Of a stretch of DNA of 43,725 bases, positions 35,468 through 43,725 are shown one piece after another (position 1 is the first letter of the stretch; every line of letters starts with the position of its first letter). The stretch lies in the NCBI GenBank assembly GCA_964573245.1, contig CAZNJA010000004.1, forward strand, positions 1-43,725, given 5' to 3'. The notes beneath the pieces are model-generated. The model had not been told where the DNA came from. It worked only from the letters and a program-made list of their open reading frames with translations, and did no database searches. The translations under genes were made by a program, and so were the position numbers. This DNA comes from an uncultured bacterium (GTDB lineage: Bacteria; CAIJMQ01).

Positions 35468-36565
35468 TTGTTTCTTAAATTTTTTGATGCACTTGTAAAT
35501 TTTTTCTCGGGATTCAATGTAATTCAATACATCACTTTTAGAGGTGCTTTCTCTGCAGTTACCACTTTTTTAATTGCAATGTTTTTAATGCCTATTTTGA
35601 TTAAAAAATTGAAAAACAAAAATATTGTGGACATGAATAAACGAGAATACTGCCATACTCTTAATATTTTACATAAGGATAAACATGGAACCCCGACTAT
35701 GGGCGGAATAGTTATTGTTCTTTCTTTTCTTATCTCTATCTTATTCTGGGGAAATTTGCAGAATTCTTATGTTTGGCTTGTCGTCATTTCCATGCTGATG
35801 ATGGGGGCATTGGGATTTGTCGACGATATTTTGAAAATAAAGAACAAAAGCAACAAAGCTCTATCCATAAGAAGCAAACTGACAGTTCAAATTTTAGTCG
35901 GGCTTATGATTGGAACATATCTTTATATACATCCTGTCCATCCAGTTTACGGAACTTATCTGCAGTTTCCTTTTTTCAAAAAATTGATTTTTGACATGGG
36001 CATCTTTTATATTCCGTTCGCAGTGTGCGTAATTTTGGCTACATCGAATGCGGTCAATATAACAGATGGATTAGACGGGTTGGCTGTGGGTTCGATAATG
36101 ATATGCACAGGCGCTTATGCTGTCATATCATACTTGACGGGACATATCGAATTTGCGAACTACCTCCAAATCCTGCCGATTGCCGGAAGTGGTGAACTGG
36201 CGGTTTGCTCTACGGCTTTAGTTGGCGCTTCTTTAGCTTTTTTATGGTTTAATACGAAACCCGCGCAAATTTTTATGGGCGACGTTGGCTCGTTACCCTT
36301 AGGAACAGCTATCGGTGTGGTAGCTTTGATAACTAAGCAAGAATTATTGCTATTCCTTGTCGGCGGTGTCTTTGTTATGGAAATATTGTCTGTGGTAATT
36401 CAAATTATATCCTATAAAATTTGGCACAAAAGAGTTTTTAAAATGGCGCCTATTCATCATCATTTTGAAAGATTGGGATGGCAGGAAACCCAGATTACCG
36501 TTCGGTTTTGGATCATCGGAATAATTCTTATGCTATTGAGTTTAAGTACGCTTAAATTGAGATGA
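35468..36565 (+). CDS. mraY: Phospho-MurNAc-pentapeptide translocase
   Basis: GTPTMGG, GFVDD, SNAVNITDGLDGLA, IFMGDVGS, MAPIHHHFE; TTG start after GGAGG. Confidence 0.98.
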   Translation: MFLKFFDALVNFFSGFNVIQYITFRGAFSAVTTFLIAMFLMPILIKKLKNKNIVDMNKREYCHTLNILHKDKHGTPTMGGIVIVLSFLISILFWGNLQNSYVWLVVISMLMMGALGFVDDILKIKNKSNKALSIRSKLTVQILVGLMIGTYLYIHPVHPVYGTYLQFPFFKKLIFDMGIFYIPFAVCVILATSNAVNITDGLDGLAVGSIMICTGAYAVISYLTGHIEFANYLQILPIAGSGELAVCSTALVGASLAFLWFNTKPAQIFMGDVGSLPLGTAIGVVALITKQELLLFLVGGVFVMEILSVVIQIISYKIWHKRVFKMAPIHHHFERLGWQETQITVRFWIIGIILMLLSLSTLKLR

Positions 36566-37935
36566 TCGATTTAAAAGATAAAAGGGTTTGCGTTTTAGGT
36601 TTGGGAGTGAGCGGTTTTGCCGCATGTGAGCTTTTAATTGACAAGGGAATTAACGTCAAAGTATCGGAAGCAAATGATAATTCGCATATAAAAGACAAAT
36701 TGAAATCGCTTTATGATAAAGGCGTCAAGGTTGAAATAGGCGGACACTCCGATGAATTTGTTTTATCGAGCGATTTGATTGTAGTGTCCCCCAGTGTAAG
36801 GTTCGATTTGCCCGTCTTGCAAAAAGCAAAACAAAAAAAAATACCCGTAATAAGCGAAATCGAACTTGCTTTTTGGTTTTGCCCTTCGAGAATTGTTGCG
36901 GTTACCGGCACAAACGGCAAAACGACCACTGTAAAACTTATATTTCATTTGTTAAAAGAAAAATTCAAAGCGCACGAAGGTGGGAATCTGGATATTCCTT
37001 TTGAAATCCCTTTCTCTTCTTTTGTGGAAAGACTTTCCTCCGAAGACATAGTTGTTTTAGAAACAAGTAGTTTCCAACTCCAAAATATTTTATCTTTTAG
37101 ACCATATATTTCCGTGACGCTCAACATCACTCCTGACCACCTCAATATGCATAAAGACATGAAAGATTACATAAATTCCAAAATGAAAATTTTTTCAAAT
37201 CAAAAACAAGAGGATTTTGCCGTTATCAATGCTTGCGATAAGCAACTAATGCAAATAAGAGATAAAATAAATGTTCCTCTTTACTATTTTTCTCTGGATA
37301 AACCTGTTGCTCAAGGCGCGTACATTAACGAAGACGATATAATTTTTGCCGAAAACGGAATAAGTGAAATGATATGCAAACGCGATATTTTTGCTTTGCC
37401 GGGAGATCACAACTCGGAGAATTGTCTTGCGGCAGTGGTCGTGGCAAAAATTCTGGGATTGAATAAATTGCAGATAATAAAGGCATTAAGAACTTTCCGA
37501 AATGTGGAACACAGATTAGAAAAGATTGGGGAAATAAAAGGAGTTGAGTTTATTAATGATTCCAAATCTACAAATGTCGCGTGCGTAGAAAAAGCGCTTA
37601 TTACGCTTCAATCTCCTTTACTTCTCATTTTAGGCGGACAAGATAAAGGCAATGATTACTTCCAAATAGAAAAACTTGCAAAAGAAAAAGTGAAATGTAT
37701 TTTTGCAATTGGAGAAAGCAAAGAAAAAATCGCAAATAGTTTTAAAGGCATTGTCCCTGTGTCTTTGCATGATACATTGGATGACGCCACAAAATATGCT
37801 TTCAAAAATGCAAAATCAGGCGATAAAATTCTGCTCTCTCCCGCTTGTGCTTCTTTTGACATGTTTAAAGATTACAAAGATAGAGGCGAACAATTCAAAA
37901 AAAAATTTTTCACACTCAAGGAAGAATATGAATAG
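36562..37935 (+). CDS. murD: UDP-MurNAc-L-Ala--D-Glu ligase
   Basis: GLGVSG, VTGTNGKTT, ETSSFQL, LNITPDHL, HRLE, INDSKSTN, LSPACASFDMF. Confidence 0.97.
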   Translation: MIDLKDKRVCVLGLGVSGFAACELLIDKGINVKVSEANDNSHIKDKLKSLYDKGVKVEIGGHSDEFVLSSDLIVVSPSVRFDLPVLQKAKQKKIPVISEIELAFWFCPSRIVAVTGTNGKTTTVKLIFHLLKEKFKAHEGGNLDIPFEIPFSSFVERLSSEDIVVLETSSFQLQNILSFRPYISVTLNITPDHLNMHKDMKDYINSKMKIFSNQKQEDFAVINACDKQLMQIRDKINVPLYYFSLDKPVAQGAYINEDDIIFAENGISEMICKRDIFALPGDHNSENCLAAVVVAKILGLNKLQIIKALRTFRNVEHRLEKIGEIKGVEFINDSKSTNVACVEKALITLQSPLLLILGGQDKGNDYFQIEKLAKEKVKCIFAIGESKEKIANSFKGIVPVSLHDTLDDATKYAFKNAKSGDKILLSPACASFDMFKDYKDRGEQFKKKFFTLKEEYE

Positions 37936-39016
37936 AAACAATTTTATGTTGCTTATAGTAGTTGCCCTCCTTTCTTCTATTGGGCTCATCATGGTTTACT
38001 CCGCATCTTCGGCGTATGCAATGGATAAATTTGGAAGCAGTTACTATTTTTTTCAAAGACAGCTCTTGTGGTTAATAATCGGCAGCATGGGGCTAATACT
38101 TACTTATAATTTGCCTTACCAAAAATGGGAATCCGCCAGCAAGCCGCTAATAATTCTCTCAATGTTACTATTGTTGTTGACTGTCAGTCCTTTCGGACGT
38201 CAGGCAGGAGGTGCCAAACGATGGATAGGTTTCGGGGGATTTCTTCTCCAACCCTCCGAAATAGCAAAACTTTGTTTCCTCATATATATAGCGGACTTTT
38301 TGTCAAGGAAAAAAATAAAAGTAAAAAGTTTTTGGCATGGATTATTCCCGCCTCTTTTTATTCTTTCAGTGTTTGTAATGATTCTTTTGATTCAACCAGA
38401 TTTTGGCACGGCGGCTCTTATCGCCATTCTTACTTTTATTCTTTTCTTCGTAGGAGGAGGCAATCTTGTTTATCTGCTATCGCTTTTTTTCTTTTCTTTG
38501 CCATTGGCTTATTATCTTGTATTTAGTGTCGGTTACAGAAGAGAAAGAGTCATGACCATTTTGAATCCCTATAAGGACCCCCAAGGTGCAGGTTTTCAAC
38601 TTATACAATCCATTATTGCCATCGGCTCAGGCAGAATTTTTGGTAAAGGGATTGGCGAATCAAAGCAAAAGTTGTTTTTTCTGCCTGCTTCTCATAATGA
38701 TTTCGTTTTTTCTATAATAGGAGAGGAATTGGGGTTTATAGGCGCAACGGTTATAATACTGCTTTTTGTAGTTTTTGTTATTCTCGGTTTCCAAATCGTT
38801 TTAAAAGCGAAGGAATCAAAAGATGACTTTGCAGTTTTACTCGCATTGGGGATTATTATGCTAATTGCCATACAAGCTTTTATACATATTGGAGTATGCA
38901 CAGGAATTCTTCCTACAAAAGGTTTATGCCTCCCGTTTGTATCATATGGCGGAAGTTCGTTGGTGGTTAATTTGACATCTGTCGGCATTCTTCTTAACAT
39001 TGGAAAGTCTCATTAA
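37928..39016 (+). CDS. ftsW: SEDS peptidoglycan polymerase FtsW
   Basis: GLIMVYSAS, GAKRWI, QPSEIAK, QPDFGT, LPASHNDFVFSIIGEELG, LPFVSYGGSS; ATG 37928 overlaps the murD stop. Confidence 0.95.
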   Translation: MNRNNFMLLIVVALLSSIGLIMVYSASSAYAMDKFGSSYYFFQRQLLWLIIGSMGLILTYNLPYQKWESASKPLIILSMLLLLLTVSPFGRQAGGAKRWIGFGGFLLQPSEIAKLCFLIYIADFLSRKKIKVKSFWHGLFPPLFILSVFVMILLIQPDFGTAALIAILTFILFFVGGGNLVYLLSLFFFSLPLAYYLVFSVGYRRERVMTILNPYKDPQGAGFQLIQSIIAIGSGRIFGKGIGESKQKLFFLPASHNDFVFSIIGEELGFIGATVIILLFVVFVILGFQIVLKAKESKDDFAVLLALGIIMLIAIQAFIHIGVCTGILPTKGLCLPFVSYGGSSLVVNLTSVGILLNIGKSH

Positions 39017-39036
39017 AAATAAAAAGGGAGATTGAT

Positions 39037-39474
39037 ATGAAAAAAGAGAAAATAACGGCTCCTGAAAGAAGAAAATATGTTAGGTTTGCTTATCCCTTTT
39101 TCATCCGTGTCAGAAGAAAAGGAGGGAAAGAAGATTTTTCCAGGCAAGAACAACCGATTATAACTTTCAAAGAATTCAAAGAAGACAACATAAGCATATC
39201 TAAAAACATATCCGTGCAGGGAATTTGCTTTACCACCAGCAAGAATTATCCTGTTAACACTCTTGTTGCCTTGGAAATTTTCAGCCCCACAAGAAAAATG
39301 CCGTTCAATATGTTGGCAAAAGTGAAATGGAAAAACAAAAGGGTTGTGGGGAAATCCACAGAACACGTGTATGATGTAGGTGTTGAATTTCTTAAAATAG
39401 ATGCGGACGGCGAATTTCACGATTTGCTCGAACAATTGGTAAATAGCAAATTGGAAAAGGTGTTATTGGATTAG
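39037..39474 (+). CDS. Stand-alone PilZ-domain (c-di-GMP-binding) protein
   Basis: ERRKYVRF (RxxxR), NISVQG ((D/N)xSxxG), AKVKW, YDVGVEF; GGGAG SD. Confidence 0.85.
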   Translation: MKKEKITAPERRKYVRFAYPFFIRVRRKGGKEDFSRQEQPIITFKEFKEDNISISKNISVQGICFTTSKNYPVNTLVALEIFSPTRKMPFNMLAKVKWKNKRVVGKSTEHVYDVGVEFLKIDADGEFHDLLEQLVNSKLEKVLLD

Positions 39475-39537
39475 AAGGCAAAGCAATGTTTATCTCGTTT
39501 TTGCGGATGATTCTTATACAGCTACGAAGAGGAACCT

Positions 39538-40632
39538 TTGAAAAATAAAATAGTCATAGCAGTAGGTTCCACGGGCGGACATTTTTTCCCAGGGTTGGCA
39601 GTAGCACGTTATTTAAGAGAAAAATACAAAGTGGAATCTATGTTTTGGGGACCCATCAAACTGAATTTCCAAAATATACTTCAAGAAGAAAAATTTTCCT
39701 TCGTTAACCTCTCTATTCCTTCCACTTCAGGCAATATAATTACGGTGGTCTTCTCTTATTATCCCTCAATGTTCAAAGCAGTCATTCAATCGTTTTTTTT
39801 TCTCTGCCATGCAAGACCAAAACTTGTGATGGGAACGGGGAGTTTCGGAAGTTTTCCTGCTTGTATATCCGCTTATTTGTTAAGAATTCCGTTACTCCTG
39901 CACGAACAAAACATAGTATCGGGAAAAGCAAATAAATTTTTGGCTAAATTTGCTCAAAAGATATTTCTTGCGTTTCCAAATTCTTCCTTAATTTCGAAAA
40001 AAAGTTTAGTGGTCGGCAACCCCGTTGAAAAATTCAAGCCGAATCCGGACAAACAAACCTGCTATAAAAATTTTGGGTTAGATAAAAACAAAAAAACCTT
40101 ACTTGTATTCGGAGGGTCTCAAGGCGCAGTTTCATTGAATACTTGGACTGTGGATGTATTGGAAAAATTGTCGGATTTTGAAAATTGGCAAGTAATCCAT
40201 ATTACAGGAGAAGCGGATTACTGGAGGGTTAGAGAGAAATATATAAAATTAGGAACATCTTCGGTTGTTCTGCCCTTTTTATTCCCAATGGATTGCGCTT
40301 ATTTAATTTCGGACTTGGCAATCACAAGAGGCGGAGCACTCTCGCTTTCGGAACTTTCTTTCTGGGGAGTCCCTTCGTTAATCGTGCCTTATGTTTACGC
40401 AAAAGATAACCACCAGAAATATAACGCTCTTTACTTCCAAGAAAAAAGTGGGGCATATCTTTTAAAAAAAACGGATATCGAAAAAAGTCGCGTCCCCAAA
40501 ATTTTACAAGAATTGATAAACAGTCCCGACAAACTAAAAAAGACAAGCGAAAACATAAAAAAGGTAATGCCCAATGATGCTTTGGAAAAGATATGTGAGG
40601 AAATTTATAAATATATAAAATCCAATGACTAG
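39538..40632 (+). CDS. murG: Lipid II GlcNAc transferase
   Basis: GSTGGHFFPGLA, HEQN..GKAN, GNP, FGGSQGA, RGGA, HQKYNA. Confidence 0.95.
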   Translation: MKNKIVIAVGSTGGHFFPGLAVARYLREKYKVESMFWGPIKLNFQNILQEEKFSFVNLSIPSTSGNIITVVFSYYPSMFKAVIQSFFFLCHARPKLVMGTGSFGSFPACISAYLLRIPLLLHEQNIVSGKANKFLAKFAQKIFLAFPNSSLISKKSLVVGNPVEKFKPNPDKQTCYKNFGLDKNKKTLLVFGGSQGAVSLNTWTVDVLEKLSDFENWQVIHITGEADYWRVREKYIKLGTSSVVLPFLFPMDCAYLISDLAITRGGALSLSELSFWGVPSLIVPYVYAKDNHQKYNALYFQEKSGAYLLKKTDIEKSRVPKILQELINSPDKLKKTSENIKKVMPNDALEKICEEIYKYIKSND

Positions 40633-42001
40633 ACAACAATTACAAGACCCTGTTCATTTCATAGGTATTGGCGGTTGCTCTATGAGTGGCATTGCTTCTG
40701 TTCTTTTCAAAAAAGGATACGAAGTCCAAGGAACGGATTTACAGGAGAGCTTATACTCAAAACAACTTGCGAAAACAGGAATAAAAGTTTATTTCGGGCA
40801 CACTAAAGAAAATATTAAGAACGCTAAAACAATAGTTTATTCAAGCGCTATTTCCCCTGATAACAAAGAAATCTTGTTTGCAAAGCAAAATAGACTAAAG
40901 ATTTTTTCAAGGGGACAAATGCTGGCAAATTTAATGAACAACAGCATTGGGATTACTGTCTGTGGCAGTCACGGAAAAACAACTACATCTTCGTTGATAT
41001 CTTTTCTTTTTTTTCGGGCGGGGTTTGAGCCCAGTTTTATAGTCGGCGGGAATATAAACAATCTTGATGCAAATGCGCGTTTCGGCTCAAGTAAATTATT
41101 CATCGCCGAAGCCGATGAATCCGACGGTTCATTTTTGCTGTTGTCGCCTTCGTTTGAAGTGATTACCAACATAGAAGAGGAGCATCTGGATTACTATAAA
41201 AATTTCCAAAATCTTAAAGACGCTTTTTTAAAGCACATCCATAATATAAAAAAAGGCGGTTTTCTTATCGCGGGCGGAGACGACAAAGTTATACAAAATA
41301 TTCTGACGACGCATAAAAAAAATATCAGAGCGCAGATTATAACTTACGGGCTGGAACCATCCAATTTGATTTACGCGTCCAATGTCATTGCCGACAACGA
41401 AAAAACATATTTTGACGTTACTTTTAAAGGAAAAAATCTTGGCAACATCAAAATGCCCTTACTGGGAATTCATAATGTAAAAAATGTTCTCGCGTGTATT
41501 GCTGTCGGCTTGTTAAATGGAATCAAGTGGGAAAATATAGCGGAAATATTGCCGGAATTTCAAGGCGTAAGCAGAAGATTCCAGGTAAAAGGCAGATATA
41601 ATAATGCTTTGATAATAGACGATTACGCGCATCATCCGACGGAAATAAAAGCTTCTCTTAAAATGGCGGATGAATTAAACCCTTTGAGGAAAATAGCCGT
41701 ATTCCAGCCGCACAGATATACCAGAACAAGGCAATTGGCTAAGGAATTTGCCGAAGTGCTGCGAAATGTGGAAATTCCCATCCTTATCCCGATATATGAA
41801 GCAAGTGAAAGACCTATTAAAGGCGTGAATTCCCGGCTTATTTGCGAACATTTGGAAAAATTCGGGGTATCGGCTTTGCACTTTGAAAAAAAAGAAGAGG
41901 CAGTCGCGTATCTTAAAAAAACAATTAAACCCAAAGATGTTGTTTTGACTATAGGCGCAGGAGATGTCTATAAAATAGGAGAGATGCTTTTAAAAAGCTA
42001 A
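40625..42001 (+). CDS. murC: UDP-MurNAc--L-Ala ligase
   Basis: HFIGIGGCSMSGIA, GSHGKTTTSS, EADESDGSF, DDYAHHPTEI, FQPHRYTRT, GAGDV. Confidence 0.97.
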   Translation: MTRQQLQDPVHFIGIGGCSMSGIASVLFKKGYEVQGTDLQESLYSKQLAKTGIKVYFGHTKENIKNAKTIVYSSAISPDNKEILFAKQNRLKIFSRGQMLANLMNNSIGITVCGSHGKTTTSSLISFLFFRAGFEPSFIVGGNINNLDANARFGSSKLFIAEADESDGSFLLLSPSFEVITNIEEEHLDYYKNFQNLKDAFLKHIHNIKKGGFLIAGGDDKVIQNILTTHKKNIRAQIITYGLEPSNLIYASNVIADNEKTYFDVTFKGKNLGNIKMPLLGIHNVKNVLACIAVGLLNGIKWENIAEILPEFQGVSRRFQVKGRYNNALIIDDYAHHPTEIKASLKMADELNPLRKIAVFQPHRYTRTRQLAKEFAEVLRNVEIPILIPIYEASERPIKGVNSRLICEHLEKFGVSALHFEKKEEAVAYLKKTIKPKDVVLTIGAGDVYKIGEMLLKS

Positions 42002-42035
42002 TTATTTTTGAAAACCAAAGTTTTAAACTGTCTGC

Positions 42036-43016
42036 CTACAATTTGCTTTTTATCAATTCGTCCGAAGATTTAATCGAGAGATAACCGATCGGCACATCAA
42101 AAACAGTTTTTGCCCCAATGCTCCCTTCCTTGTTTAGCCGGTATGCTGCCCGCGCATACGCAAGTAAAACATTTGCCGTAAATTCCGGGTTGCTGTCCAA
42201 TTTCAGTTTGAATTCCATTAAGTGTTTGTGATTTTTCCCTGTTGAACCCGTTCTTATCACGATGCCTCCGTGAGGCATTTCGGAATGTTTCGATAACATT
42301 TCCTTCTCGGATATAAAGGTAACCTTCGTGTCATAATCTGCAAAGTAATGAGGCATGATTTTTATTTCCCGCTCGATTTTTTTTAAGTCCGCGCCGCACT
42401 CTGCAACAACATAACAATCTCTTAAATGCATTTGCCTGCTTTTTAATTTAGGAGTTTTTCCCACGCTAATTTTTTTAATAGTATCTTTAATCGGAATCGT
42501 ATATTGTCGTGCGTCTTTTACTCCCTTGATTCTTCGGATTGCGTCGGAATGCCCCTGGCTTACTCCTGGCCCCCAAAAAGTATATCCCGACCCTTGAGGC
42601 AACGCTGACTCTTCTATTATGCGCAGAAGCGAAAATAACCCCGGATCCCACCCGGTCGATATAATGCTTGTCTTTCCTGCTTTTCGCGCAGCTTTATCAA
42701 CAGCATTAAAGTAATCGTATATCTTTGCATGTGTGTCATAACTATCTACCGTGTTAAAAACAGAAGCAAATTCTGGTCCCTGTTTTGGTAGGTCCGTTGC
42801 CGAGCCGCCGCAGAGAATTGCCACATCTATTTTATCGGAAAACTTTTTTATCTGCGAAACAGAGATGATTTTGGAATTTTTACTTTTGATTTTTTCGGGA
42901 TTTCTTCTCGTAAAAATCGCCGCAAGCTGCATATCGGGATTTTGTCCGATCGCCAGTTCCACGCCTTTGCCGACATTTCCGTATCCTATTATTCCGATTC
43001 TAATTTTACTGTCCAT
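42036..43016 (-). CDS. ddh: meso-diaminopimelate D-dehydrogenase
   Basis: GYGNVG, CGGSATDLP, NTVDSYDTHA, GWDPGLFS, TFWGPGVSQGHSDAIRR, HGG, SNPEFTA; GGAGG SD. Confidence 0.96.
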   Translation of the reverse strand: MDSKIRIGIIGYGNVGKGVELAIGQNPDMQLAAIFTRRNPEKIKSKNSKIISVSQIKKFSDKIDVAILCGGSATDLPKQGPEFASVFNTVDSYDTHAKIYDYFNAVDKAARKAGKTSIISTGWDPGLFSLLRIIEESALPQGSGYTFWGPGVSQGHSDAIRRIKGVKDARQYTIPIKDTIKKISVGKTPKLKSRQMHLRDCYVVAECGADLKKIEREIKIMPHYFADYDTKVTFISEKEMLSKHSEMPHGGIVIRTGSTGKNHKHLMEFKLKLDSNPEFTANVLLAYARAAYRLNKEGSIGAKTVFDVPIGYLSIKSSDELIKSKL

Positions 43017-43036
43017 TTAGTCCTCCCTAAATATTT

Positions 43037-43725
43037 TTATTTCGTTTTCACAAAAAACATCCCTGGTAGTTGTCTTGCCATTCCTTTTAGTTCCAACGAC
43101 AATAAAGCGGACAGTGCTTTGGAAGAAGAAATTCTGCTCTCCTTGAGAATTTCTTCTATTTGTTTTGGTTCTGTGGAAAGCAAAGTATAAATTTTTTCTT
43201 CAAATTCTTCAAGTTTTATTTTGGTTTTTTCTTTCGTTTTATTTTTTGTTTCCCAATCTATCTCATGTATCAGTTCCGAAGCGATATCTTTCCAGTTTGT
43301 AACGAGTTTCGCACCGTCCTGAATGAGTTTATGTGTCCCTTTGGAATAATCGGAATCTATTTTGCCGGGGACCGCAAACACGTCTCTTCCTTGTTCGGAC
43401 GCAAGATTTGCCGTAATCAGCGCGCCGCTTCTCTCTTCCGCTTCCACAACGACTACTCCCAAAGATAATCCCGATATTATTCTGTTCCTTCGTGGAAAAT
43501 TAAATTTATCAGGCGGAGTGCCCATCGGAAATTCGGATATTAAAACCCCGTTTTGAGTTATTTTTTCGGATAATTTTTTGTTTTCGCGCGGATATATGTA
43601 ATTTAAACCGCTTCCCAAAACAGCGATAGTTCTTCCCTTTTTCAAAGCACCCTGATGCGCGGATGTGTCTATCCCACGCGCCATTCCGCTTACGATAGTA
43701 AAACCGGCGCGCGCCAAATTCTCCG
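43037..43725 (-). CDS. dprA: DNA-processing protein DprA, 5'-truncated by the window edge
   Basis: IVSGMARGIDTSAH, FPRRNRIISGLS, VVEA..RSGALITA, GRDVFAVPG, C-terminal winged helix; the frame is open to the window end. Confidence 0.96.
   Translation of the reverse strand, partial: ENLARAGFTIVSGMARGIDTSAHQGALKKGRTIAVLGSGLNYIYPRENKKLSEKITQNGVLISEFPMGTPPDKFNFPRRNRIISGLSLGVVVVEAEERSGALITANLASEQGRDVFAVPGKIDSDYSKGTHKLIQDGAKLVTNWKDIASELIHEIDWETKNKTKEKTKIKLEEFEEKIYTLLSTEPKQIEEILKESRISSSKALSALLSLELKGMARQLPGMFFVKTK

Noticed and set aside
37703-37927. 75-aa N-terminal extension of FtsW in the ORF track
   Set aside because: It overlaps the murD coding region; ATG 37928 overlapping the murD stop gives a normal-length FtsW.
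43545-43552. ACCCCGTT match to the MITE TIR in dprA (also TAACGGGG near 5626)
   Set aside because: Only 8 bp, no partner TIR, and within ordinary coding sequence.
1-43725. tRNA/rRNA genes, transposases, integrases, prophage or defence systems
   Set aside because: None recognised in the ORF set or the intergenic regions.

Overview
Low-GC (roughly 35-40% by eye) bacterial chromosomal segment made mostly of housekeeping genes: valS (5'-truncated)-rpoZ-coaBC-pfk; a minus-strand block (lipoprotein, accA, TPR-LysM-L,D-transpeptidase, Zn-ribbon protein, rpsA, HPS-RraA fusion); ruvCAB-metG-pyrF; rpsO-infC-rpmI-rplT; a 1018-aa secreted CBM/alpha-beta hydrolase; pheS without adjacent pheT; a cobalamin-riboswitch locus (prepilin-type H-X9-DG protein, separate Hcy-methyltransferase and pterin-binding genes, BtuFCD-like ABC importer); a dcw cluster mraZ..murC with a PilZ gene between ftsW and murG; then ddh and dprA (truncated) on the minus strand. 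The H-X9-DG pilin-like gene and GspG-like lipoprotein suggest a PVC-related lineage such as Omnitrophota/Ratteibacteria (inference only). The most striking structure is the 93-aa leader of the riboswitch-controlled prepilin gene. It resolves into a normal 24-aa leader plus three frame-preserving palindromic insertions (39+39+129 bp). One is a 14-bp-TIR MITE-like element sitting exactly in the G|F-T prepilin-peptidase site, which it regenerates. Other points of note: apparently leaderless promoters (pheS, Hcy-MTase, possibly mraZ), a PPi-type PFK signature, and REP-like hairpins between rpmI and rplT. All calls come from motif recognition by eye; no database searches were run.
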